A stretch of DNA of 64,000 nucleotides. Origin: Bryobacteraceae bacterium (GTDB taxonomy: Bacteria > Acidobacteriota > Terriglobia > Bryobacterales > Bryobacteraceae). Under the pieces are notes generated by a model. It searched no databases. It saw only the letters and a list, made by a program, of their open reading frames with translations, and had not been told where the DNA came from. Below, in pieces: positions 27,903 through 36,659 of the stretch. How positions within the stretch are numbered: the first letter of the stretch is position 1; every line of letters begins with the position of its first letter. The position numbers were made by a program, and so were the translations under genes. The stretch spans positions 10,918 through 74,917 of the forward strand of contig JBAUZG010000199.1 of the NCBI GenBank assembly GCA_049585195.1, written 5' to 3'.

Positions 27903-29606
27903 GTGAAGCGCTTGATGGTTTCCATTGCGTTTGCGATTGGCTCCACCCCCGGCATCGGACAGATAGTCCACATGCATGGCGAGTCCACGGAAAGGCCTGC
28001 CAAGGCTCTACCGCCGCCAGTGATGATTCCTGGTGTGGGAAACAGCCATTTCGCGATCACAACTTCTTCGCCGCAAGCGCAGGTTTGGTTTGACCAGGGT
28101 CTCTCACTGTTGCACTGCTTTTGGGATTTTGAGGCGTTGCGAGCATTCCGGGAGTCGGCGCAGCTAGACCCGGCCTGCGCCATGTGCCAGTGGGGCATTT
28201 ATCGAGCGATGGAGTTCGGAGGAAGCGCGGCCGATCAGTTGAAACTGGTCGTGACCAGGATGAAGGAGTTGGCACCCGGAGCCTCAGATCATGAGCAGCG
28301 GTACATACGAAGCGTCGTCGAAGGCTTCGGAAAGAAAGGCGAGGAAGCGTCGCAAGCATATCAGCGCGAGATGGAATCAATCATCTACAGGTATCCCGAT
28401 GATCTGGACGCGAAATTACTTCTCGCGCTGTCGCTGGAGAATGGCTTCGACGACAAGGGTGACCCGCGGCCAGGCGAGCTCTACTCCATTGGAATCCTGC
28501 GCGATATTCTCCGCGACCATCCTGATAACGCGGCAGCCAATCACTATTGGATTCACGCGGTAGAAGCAGGCGAACACCCGGAGTGGGCTCTGGAAAGCGC
28601 GGAAAAGTTGGGACGTTTAGCACCGGGTTCCGGCCACATGGTGCACATGCCGGGACATATCTTTTATCGGACGGGCGACTATGAGCGTGCGCGGAAGAGT
28701 TTTCTCGATTCGATCCAGGTGGACGAAGCGTACATGCGCGCCCAGAAAATGGAACCGGAGGATGACCGGAATTACGCCCACAACTTGAGCTATCTGATCG
28801 CCAATTCCGCCGAGGAAGGGCGGGCCAGAGAGGCATTCGAATACGCGGCCCGGCTGGAACCGCTGGCGCATTCGGCTACAGACGCCAGCCATCCAGGAAT
28901 GATCGTATTCTATGTGATTCAGGTCGGCGGAACCAGGCCGCGCCTTGCCATTCGGTTCGGCGAGTGGAAAGAGGCAATCGACCATCCGGCGGACTTTGGA
29001 ATTCCTGAAAATCAGCTGCCGGCCGCTGCCAGAGCCCTTCGGGATGGAATGGTGATCTACGCGAAGGCAATGCAGTCACTCGAACGCGACGACGTCGATG
29101 GAGGTGCGCGGGAGAGCGATGAACTGGACGCATTGCTTTGGCGCTTCACGCGGGATCGGGACCAGACAGACAGAACAGCCCAGCGAGTCTGGGAGATTCT
29201 GGGCGTGGCCTCGAAGGAACTTGCGGGTAACGTGGCCAGCCACCGCGGAAACTATGAATGCGCGAAGAAATTGCTGAAAGAGGCGGTGGAAACGGAGAAG
29301 AAGCTGGGCTACAGTGAACCGCCGCTTTACTCGAGGCCATCTTTGGAGTCGCTGGGGTATGCGGCGATCCGGGCCGGCCAATGGGAAGCAGCGCGGAACG
29401 CATTCCGGCAAGTGCTCGTGTTAAGGCCAAAATCTGGTTTTGGGTACTACGGCATTGCACTGGCTTACGACAAAGAAGGGAATCGAAGCGCGGCGGCCAA
29501 GGCATATCAGGACTTTCTAGCGTCGTGGCCGCACGCAGATGAGGATCTAGCAATGGTTCGGGCAGCCCGAGCGGCTATGGCCCGGTTGAATGCAAGATCG
29601 CAATAG
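27903..29606 (+). CDS. Secreted TPR-repeat protein
   Basis: AQVWFDQGL, DPACAMCQWG, ANHYWIHAVE, GHMVHMPGHIF, C-terminal TPRs. Confidence 0.85.
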   Translation: MKRLMVSIAFAIGSTPGIGQIVHMHGESTERPAKALPPPVMIPGVGNSHFAITTSSPQAQVWFDQGLSLLHCFWDFEALRAFRESAQLDPACAMCQWGIYRAMEFGGSAADQLKLVVTRMKELAPGASDHEQRYIRSVVEGFGKKGEEASQAYQREMESIIYRYPDDLDAKLLLALSLENGFDDKGDPRPGELYSIGILRDILRDHPDNAAANHYWIHAVEAGEHPEWALESAEKLGRLAPGSGHMVHMPGHIFYRTGDYERARKSFLDSIQVDEAYMRAQKMEPEDDRNYAHNLSYLIANSAEEGRAREAFEYAARLEPLAHSATDASHPGMIVFYVIQVGGTRPRLAIRFGEWKEAIDHPADFGIPENQLPAAARALRDGMVIYAKAMQSLERDDVDGGARESDELDALLWRFTRDRDQTDRTAQRVWEILGVASKELAGNVASHRGNYECAKKLLKEAVETEKKLGYSEPPLYSRPSLESLGYAAIRAGQWEAARNAFRQVLVLRPKSGFGYYGIALAYDKEGNRSAAAKAYQDFLASWPHADEDLAMVRAARAAMARLNARSQ

Positions 29607-29628
29607 TCGTAGCATTTTTTAGATACAG

Positions 29629-29690
29629 CCAGGATCGTCGGCCATCCGGAAAATGCTCGCAGTTGCTTCCGACAATGCTCGAAATAGCGC
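29629..29690 (+). repeat. Module-boundary element, core half
   Basis: CCAGGATCGTCGGCCATCCGGA matches 11524-11545 at 21/22; GACAA sits 20 bp downstream, where other copies have GATAA. Confidence 0.8.
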
Positions 29691-29816
29691 GTAACCGGCA
29701 ATCGCGTAGTAAAGCTTTACGGCTGCTTCGCGGATGTCCTCTAAGCGCTAAAACCAGATCACACGCGTCCTCCTCATCGCCGGGAAAAGCGCCTGGAGGT
29801 CTGACACTTCCTGCCA

Positions 29817-30770
29817 TCACCCGACAGCAATACGTGTTGCCAGCCCGGATAGCGCATACATCCAGATCACGAGCGAGATGATGGAGACCAGAGTCGTCAT
29901 CGAGATGGTGGATGCTACCATCATTTCCTCGCAGTGATACTCTCCCGCAAGAATGTAGACAGTCTTGGCCGTGGGCACCGCAGCGCAGACCACGGCCGCA
30001 ATGGTGTAGAGAGGGTCGAGCCCCAAGGACACGCTCAATCCGTATACGATCAGCGGCATGATGACGAGCTTGACGGCCGAGAGCAGCGAAGATCGTCCGG
30101 CATTGGCGCGCAATCCATCGATCGACAGCCCCAGCCCGATGGCGAACAAAGCACACGGCGTGAGCGCATCGGCGAAGATGCCCAAATAAGTTACGACCGG
30201 TCCCGGCATGCGAAGATCGAGGACTGACAAAAGCATTCCGATCAGGGTTGATATGACCAGCGGGTTCAGCACGATATGCCTGACTGTGGCCATCGGTGGC
30301 GTGCGTGAGCCACGCACATCCCGTTGATCAAGTTCAAGCAAGATCACGGTTGTTGGAAACATCACAACAGCGACGAATACCGTGGCGACCGCAGCCGGCA
30401 ACACGGCGCGCTGACCATAGATCGCCTGCAGGACCGGCAAGGCGACGAAACCAGTATTGGTCATCGATGCCGCCATGCCATGCATCGTTCGGCTTGCGAG
30501 ACTGCGGGAAACATACATGCTCATAATGCCGAGCACGAGCATGAAGCAGAGGAGGGAGCCACCACCAAAGGCAACAAGAAAGCGCCAATTGATCAGCGAA
30601 TGACCTGGTTCTTGTGCGATTGTGACGATCAGCAATGCCGGCATTGCGATGTTGTAGGCGAAACGAATCAGTGCCTCAGACAAGGCCCGCGACAGATAAC
30701 CCGTACAGCCAACGATCCAGCCAGTTACGATCACCGCAAATACGGGCAGGATAAGATCAGCGATCCGCAT
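29817..30770 (-). CDS. AEC-family (auxin efflux / malonate) transporter
   Basis: ILPVFAVI, NIAMPALL, NTGFVALP, NPLVIS, TPCALFAIG, PTA. Confidence 0.9.
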   Translation of the reverse strand: MRIADLILPVFAVIVTGWIVGCTGYLSRALSEALIRFAYNIAMPALLIVTIAQEPGHSLINWRFLVAFGGGSLLCFMLVLGIMSMYVSRSLASRTMHGMAASMTNTGFVALPVLQAIYGQRAVLPAAVATVFVAVVMFPTTVILLELDQRDVRGSRTPPMATVRHIVLNPLVISTLIGMLLSVLDLRMPGPVVTYLGIFADALTPCALFAIGLGLSIDGLRANAGRSSLLSAVKLVIMPLIVYGLSVSLGLDPLYTIAAVVCAAVPTAKTVYILAGEYHCEEMMVASTISMTTLVSIISLVIWMYALSGLATRIAVG

Positions 30771-30810
30771 CGAGGTGCCTCAGATTGATCTTTTGACAAT
30801 CCATGGAGGG

Positions 30811-30858
30811 TAACATGCAGTCAACGGCACTAGGACTTGCGGCTCTGTTCGGTTGACC
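30811..30858 (-). repeat. Module-boundary element, diverged core half
   Basis: GCTCTGTTCGGTTGACC vs reverse complement of reference GCTCTGTCCGGATGGCC (14/17), preceded at the expected spacing by TAACA-TGCAG-TCAAC. Confidence 0.55.
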
Positions 30859-30939
30859 TTTTGTGCTCTGGCAGTCTGCTGAAAACCCGTATGAGCCGAA
30901 AACTCGACCGGACTATTGGAACAACGGCTAGACCACGGA

Positions 30940-31161
30940 AGGCATGTGGGCTCTTCTGCATCTGGCTTTCTCAAGACTGAACTTGCATCGAGTGTGGCAG
31001 CCTGTGACGTCCGGAGCCATGCCTCGTATCCCGTAACGGAAAAGCTGGGTATGCGACGGGAGGCACTCTTCAAGAAAGATGTCCTGCAGAAGGGCGAACG
31101 GCGAGATTCCTATCTGTATGCCGCCTTAGCGGAAGAATGGGATTCGGCTTCACGTGCCTAA
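30940..31161 (+). pseudogene. RimJ/RimL-type GNAT acetyltransferase C-terminal fragment
   Basis: ACDVRSHASYPVTEKLGMRREALFKKDVLQKGERRDSYLYAAL..EW; N-terminal half absent. Confidence 0.7.
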
Positions 31162-31354
31162 GTCCGCAAAAAGCGCCGAGCCCGAAATAGCAGGGCTCGT
31201 CGAGCGGCCATCGTGCTGTCACCCAACATAGAACTATACTTCGCCGTTACTCAGACCAACGAAGCGAAGCCAATGATCGTCGTTCGGGAACAATCCGGCA
31301 ACAATGCGGATGCGGGACCATTCGACCACCACTGACGCGCCGGCGCGTTCTCCG

Positions 31355-31459
31355 AGTTCGACATAGGGCAGCGTTAATCGGGACTTGACGGCTAGTGACG
31401 GATGGCCGCGGAAATTCGGAATCGAACCGCAGATAGCTGTCCGATTTCGCGACGATTCT
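31355..31459 (-). repeat. Module-boundary element fragments (two cores)
   Basis: CGGATGGCCG at 31399-31408 and CTGTCC..CGACGATTCT at 31437-31459 both match the reverse complement of the reference core. Confidence 0.55.
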
Positions 31460-31646
31460 TGCCGAAAGTGGACACCTGGTGGACAGTTCCCGCTGCGCGG
31501 CAAACCGCTAAATATTGGGTAGCACAGCGAGTTAAAAGTGAAGATGGTCGGAAGAATGCGCCCGTAGAAATGCGCCGATGGTAACGCTTTGGCAGGCTTT
31601 GCGGTTCGGGATTCGCATGGCCTACAACATGCTAGGGGATTCTTAA

Positions 31647-32204
31647 ATGTTCCGATCCATTGCACGCATCGTGGTTCCTGTTGGCATCGTATCTCTTTCC
31701 GCCTTGGCGTTGGCCAACGCCCAAATCTCGCCGAGCCTGCCCAATCCGACCACGGCGCCGAATCCGCTGACGAAGACGATATCCATTTTTCGTAGCAATA
31801 TGCAGGACAAGATCATGAAGTCGGCGGACGAGATGCCAGAGTCCAAGTACAGCTACCGGCCGACGAAGGACGTTCGGTCGTTTGCCGAGATCCTGAATCA
31901 TGTGGCGGCTATATCCTACGTTTTGTGTTCAAACGTCATGGGTGAAGCGACCCCCGCCACGGCTGCCGCGAAGGGTTCGAAGACCGAGATCATGGCCTAC
32001 CTCAAAGGCGCGTTCGACTACTGCGATGGCGTGTACTCCGGGTTCACCGATGCGCACCTCAATGACCCGGCGGACTTCTGGGGCCACAAGACGAACAAGA
32101 TCTTCATCTCGACGCAAGTCGCAAATCATGACGCCTTGCATTACGGCAATCTCGTCACGTATCTGCGCCTCAATGGCCTTGTGCCGTCCGGGGGCTGGTT
32201 TTGA
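31647..32204 (+). CDS. DinB-family protein with signal peptide
   Basis: ADEMPESKYSYRPT..RSFAEILNHVA..NHDALHYGNLVTYLRLNGLVP. Confidence 0.88.
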   Translation: MFRSIARIVVPVGIVSLSALALANAQISPSLPNPTTAPNPLTKTISIFRSNMQDKIMKSADEMPESKYSYRPTKDVRSFAEILNHVAAISYVLCSNVMGEATPATAAAKGSKTEIMAYLKGAFDYCDGVYSGFTDAHLNDPADFWGHKTNKIFISTQVANHDALHYGNLVTYLRLNGLVPSGGWF

Positions 32205-32264
32205 TCGCGCAGCGGCGCGCGGGCCGCCACGCAGGTCTAGCAAAAGAGGGCTCTGAGCGAAGTC

Positions 32265-33405
32265 ATGAGAGTGAAAATCCGGGGAGCCGCGAAGGCGTTG
32301 GCGGTTGCTGTCACATCGTGCGTAAGCATGATCCCGGCTACGGCACATAAGGAGGCGCAATCTACTGCGCAGACCGTTGCTGCAGCGACGAAAGATGGCC
32401 GCGCTGAAATTGATGCGCATGTGGCGGAATGGTTGAAAGAGAGCGATGTGCCAAGCGTAGCGATGGCATATATCCAAGGTCGAAAAGTGGCGTGGACTGA
32501 GGTGTATGGAGAGCAGAGTCCGGGAGTCGCGGCGACTGAAAAAACCCTGTACAACGTTGCGTCTCTGACAAAGCCAATAACGGCGGAGACAATACTGCGA
32601 CTCGCGTCTGCGAGAAAACTCTCGTTGGATGAATCGATGTCGCAGATCTGGGTCGACCCGGATATAAGGGATGATCCTTACAGCAAATTGTTGACTCCGC
32701 GGTTGTGCTTGTCGCACCAGACTGGATTTGCGAACGGGCGGCGAATGACGGGGGAGTACTAAAGATCAGATGGAAACCCGGAATGCAAACCGGATATTCC
32801 GGTGAAGGATACAACTATGTTGGCGCGTTTGCCGAAAGGAAGTTCGCAAGGCCTTTTGATGCGCTGGCGCAGGAGATGGTGCTCGATCCGATCGGCATGG
32901 AGGAGACCTCGTACACAGCGAAGGATTGGTATTCGGGGCGGTTGGCAGTGCCCCATGGGCCCAAGGCAGAAAAACCTATCGACCCGGTCGCAAAAAAATG
33001 GAATGCCGCGGACCTGTTGCGGACCACGATTGGCGACTATGCCAAGTTCGTGGTGAGCGTGATGCGCGACGAGGGCCTGACGGAGGCAATTGCTGCAGAA
33101 CGAGCAACCATCACACGAGATACGGTGAAGCCGGAAGATTTGGAAAAAGCATGCCGAGAAGCTGGAGAGGTGGGTCAATGCACGGTGACGGCCGGCATGG
33201 GTTTGGGATGGGAGGTAGAAATCATGAATCGAGTGAAGATTCTGGATCACGACGGCTCTGATTGGGGAGTGAAAACTATGGCCATGTTCGTTCCGTCGCA
33301 AGGAATCGGAGTAGTAGTTTTACCAATGGAGAAAATGGAACGCAGGTCATCCGAAACGTCGTGAAGGCCCTTTACCCGAACAAGCTATATGTCGAGAGGA
33401 TGTAA
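32265..33405 (+). pseudogene. Serine hydrolase (beta-lactamase family), two frameshifts
   Basis: YNVASLTK, LSHQTG; shift near 32752; YSGEGY, HDGSDWG; shift near 33320, then TNGENG..LYVERM*. Confidence 0.85.
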
Positions 33406-33554
33406 GCAGTGAAACGAGCCTGCGAGCCAGACGTGCATTCTCGCGAGTTGCTTTGATTGCCATGCGGGACCGGCCTTTGGCTGCTTCAGGAGCGAGGCCC
33501 GAAGATGCTGGTGTGCCTCCCGGAGAGAATCTATCCTAGTGTGGCTAGCAGTTA

Positions 33555-33675
33555 GTCGGCCATCCGGACAAAACTCCATCCTCGGACCTGATAAATCGTG
33601 TGTAGTCGCCAAGGGTTTAGGAACTGAGATCAAGGCGGTCCGCAAATTGGGACTGTGAAACCGGGTTATCGCCGA
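33555..33675 (+). repeat. Module-boundary element copy
   Basis: GTCGGCCATCCGGACA..GATAA-ATCGTG-TGTAGTCGCCAAGGGTTTA..GTGAAACCGGGTTATCGCCGA. Confidence 0.85.
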
Positions 33676-33712
33676 CTTGAAACCTGCAGCGGTTTGCGGA
33701 TCGGTCCGGGCT

Positions 33713-33829
33713 CTCAATGGACGAGAACCCTACTTTTTGGCCGGTGAGCCGAACGTCGGTAAACGCTGCGCCGTCATGATTTAAGTCGACCCAAAGGTAT
33801 TCCACTATCCGGATTGCGTGTATCCTGGC
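33713..33829 (-). repeat. Module-boundary element, full-length copy
   Basis: Reverse complement GCCAGGATACACGCAATCCGGATA..TGACGGCGCAGCGTTTACCGACG..AAAAAGTAGGGTTCTCGTCCATTGAG. Confidence 0.9.
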
Positions 33830-33999
33830 ACAAATCCAGAACCATGGTCAGCTATCCGTAAACAGTTCCTTATTAAAGACGAAAGTCGCTGATGCGCCTG
33901 GGCGGCGGCTATGCCGTTTGGTGCTTAGCGTCGCCTTGTCCGGCGGGATTACATAACGAAGCAGTCAACGACTGAGCGGCGGCCCGCATTTGGAACGCT

Positions 34000-34930
34000 T
34001 CACGTCTGACTGTAAAGCTTTTCGAGCGGAATTGGGATGTCGTCTTCTCCCTCGGCTTTGATGTAAACGGGCGCAAGATCACGATCACCTTTTTTATAGA
34101 AGTAGGCGACCCGAAAAGTATAAAAGCCTTTCAGCAAGGGCAGAACAAAGTTCGCGCCGCCTGAATCAAAGTGGTCACCGATGACTCGAACGCCCCCCAC
34201 AAAAACCTTCGAATGGCCGCTGTCGCTCAACTCGAGATGTAATGGCCCGGTGCGTCGATTTTGAGAAAACCTTCGAGAATACAGGCAAAGGTCGCGTCCC
34301 GAGGCAGTTTGGAAACGTCAAAATCCCGACCGGCACGACCCATACGATTAGGCTTCAGCGCCGAAACGTCGGGCGGGGCATCCCATTGGGCATCCCATTG
34401 GCCCTCATTGAGCGCAAACCGAAGGCCGCCAGGCGCCATTCCCTGTTCCAATCGCTCGAGACCCCGAAGAGCTGGCCCGATCTTGAAATCTCCACTTGCG
34501 AGTGCGTCGTATTGCTCACGAACACAGAACGATTTGATCCTGAGCGTGGTGTCCTTCGACAATGTGAACCGGTTGTGCGTCAGGAACGGCTGTGACTGCA
34601 GTCTGGGTTCCGAGCCGTCCAGCGTGTAACGGATGTAGGATGCGGCGTTCCTTTGATAACAGAAGACTTCGAATGGCCTATCTTTCAGGGCGATTCCATT
34701 CATGGGCTTAAAGCCAATCCCGTTGGCGTAGTAGCCGCCATAGCAGAACTTAATGCCGTCCCAGAATCCCTTGATCCAGGTCGTGAGGTGAGTCTTGTTG
34801 GGGTATATAGTGCACCTCCACGTAAGATCGGCAGGCGCTTCTGCCCGCAAGGTTTTTCCGAACCGATCGATGCCCATTTCGTGCAGCACAACCCTCCCGA
34901 GGACCAAAAAAAAATTTTTGTTTTGTTCCG
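34000..34930 (-). pseudogene. 5'-truncated, frameshifted protein with chitobiase/FN3-associated and PA14-like domains
   Basis: IRYTLDGSEP; FACILEGFLKIDAPGHYI; a 1-bp loss near 34233, then ELSDSGHSKVFV..DHFD..LLKGFY. Confidence 0.7.
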
Positions 34931-35183
34931 ATCGCCCAATCTCGTGTCCGGTACGCAACGTTGGCGTAGCCGCAACATCACGAATAGCTGTATGGCGCCC
35001 TTGGCGTGGTACTAGTCAGTGCAGTCGATCGTTGCCGGTTGAGACCGATACCGGAGCGCGGCTTAGGATGCCAGAACGCTCACCTTCGTATGGATCTGCT
35101 CTGCATAAAGGGCTCCAAGAGTGGTGGAGCGAGTGCGCCCTCGAAAACACCCTCCATTGGGCTCCTAAACCGGGATGTGCCTT

Positions 35184-35291
35184 CAAGTAGGTCACGTATA
35201 ACGGCGCAGCGTCACGAATCGTGTCCAGTTGGTCGGCAAGCCAGAAAGTGACCCTGATTTCCTTGTGCTCGTGAGACCGGGTTACCGCCGA
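35184..35291 (+). repeat. Module-boundary element copy
   Basis: TAACGGCGCAGCGT (35199-35212) is the exact reverse complement of 24766-24779; GTGAGACCGGGTTACCGCCGA matches 33655-33675 at 19/21. Confidence 0.8.
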
Positions 35292-35380
35292 ATGATCCAT
35301 TCGGAATGTGGATTCCCAGTGTCAGTTGGCTGAAACCGCCCGCGTTGGGATCTGATTTGCCAGTACCGCGTGGGGACGAT

Positions 35381-35956
35381 CTACCTTTTCGGAGGATTGA
35401 TCATGATGTGCGCACCAGCGGTCCCTGGGAACATCAGCCATGGCGCGTTATCGCTCGGCTTCGTAGATAATCCGGTAGACTCAGGTGTGGCGAAAGGGAC
35501 GTAAATGACCCACCGGAGATAGGCGTCCGTCACCTTCCCGCTACTGACGTCGAAGCCGGTCCCGCTGAGTATATAGAGGGCTCGAGGCTCTCGTGGCAGC
35601 GAGAGTTTTCCTTCGGCGACCTCCTTCCACCGGATTTCATTACGCTTCTGCCCGGTGACTTTTTGAGCCAGAAGCTCACGACCTCTCGCCATGTACGGCT
35701 CTAGGTCCCGGTGATAACAGGCGGCGCTAAACGAAGTTTTGCTCGGGTCGTTCGCAAGACAGATGAGCTCGTTCTTGCCCTCACGAAGCCTAACCAGCTC
35801 GCCTCGAGCGTTGTAACCCAAAACAGCAGCGCCATCACGGAGATCCGACGGCGCGGCGAGTGTGGCAGCGGTAATTTGAGTCTCTGGAGATGGCAGATCG
35901 GCGGCGGCCAGAGTGACCGCCAGGAGAACACCGCAAACGATAATCGTCAGTTTCAT
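35381..35956 (-). CDS. Secreted hypothetical protein
   Basis: Signal peptide, SD GAGGA; LICLANDP..ACYH..PWLMFPGTAGAHIMI. Confidence 0.75.
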   Translation of the reverse strand: MKLTIIVCGVLLAVTLAAADLPSPETQITAATLAAPSDLRDGAAVLGYNARGELVRLREGKNELICLANDPSKTSFSAACYHRDLEPYMARGRELLAQKVTGQKRNEIRWKEVAEGKLSLPREPRALYILSGTGFDVSSGKVTDAYLRWVIYVPFATPESTGLSTKPSDNAPWLMFPGTAGAHIMINPPKR

Positions 35957-36113
35957 ATGTCGGATCCTCGCGCTCCAAGGTCCTTACTTTGCTGGTGGGT
36001 GACGGCAGCAGCAACAATGTATCGCACTCACCTTATCATCCGCCTCAGCCCTGAACCACTGCGAGCTGATTCGCGGAGAATGGCCTTACTGTGGCCGGTC
36101 TCGGCGTCGCTGA

Positions 36114-36197
36114 TTCTCATTTCGATGAAACCCTACTTTTCAGCGAGTCAGTTAAACATGGGACTACTCCGTGCGCGGCCGCAAAGGCGGCGTTAGC
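36114..36197 (-). repeat. Module-boundary element, distal-to-central half
   Basis: TTCTCA..AAACCCTACTTTTCAGCGAGT vs 8.2-kb copy TTCTCA..AAATCCCACTTTTTAGCGAGT; AACCCTACTTTT is identical to 13116 and 33726. Confidence 0.8.
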
Positions 36198-36348
36198 ACG
36201 CTCGTTGTTGCCGAATGGTCTCAACTGCTGCCAAAAGGTGCGACAGTTCTCGACATCGGATCCGGAACTGGTGTGCCGATTTCAGAAACTTTAATCAAGC
36301 GCGGGCTCGGTATATGCGAAATCGACGCGTCGTCCAGCATGGTCGCCG
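36189..36348 (+). pseudogene. Class I SAM methyltransferase internal fragment
   Basis: VVAEWSQLLPKGATVLDIGSGTGVPISETL..IDASSSMVA; both ends missing. Confidence 0.75.
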
Positions 36349-36659
36349 AAGAACATCAGGCGACGATTCAGGGCATCTACAAATCATACTGATCCAATCT
36401 GGAACACCGGTACAGCCTTGAAAACTGTTGGCGCACGGCGCTGCACTGGTCTCGCAAGCATTACGAAAATAAATTTCGTCCTGGTATTGACAAAAATGAC
36501 GGGCAAACTTCTATAGAGACGTTGTCGCCGAACGCCACACCTCGGCGGCTCGTTGATTGTCTTGGAGGTGCCGTGACGCCGCGCTTCATCGATACACTTA
36601 GTTGAGCGTTTGTATGAGCTTCCTCTCACTGAGCGCCCAATAATCAGGCGGAAATTTCG

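Noticed and set aside
33951..33995. attC-like start ACATAACGAAGCAGTCAAC
   Set aside because: No complementary GTTRRRY arm or long hairpin was found, and the recombinase does not look like IntI.
36564..36659. Strong SD plus GTG in frame with the lipoxygenase but interrupted by three TGA codons
   Set aside because: No evidence for recoding, since TGA ends many genes in this window. More likely chance or a decayed N-terminus; the true start remains uncertain.
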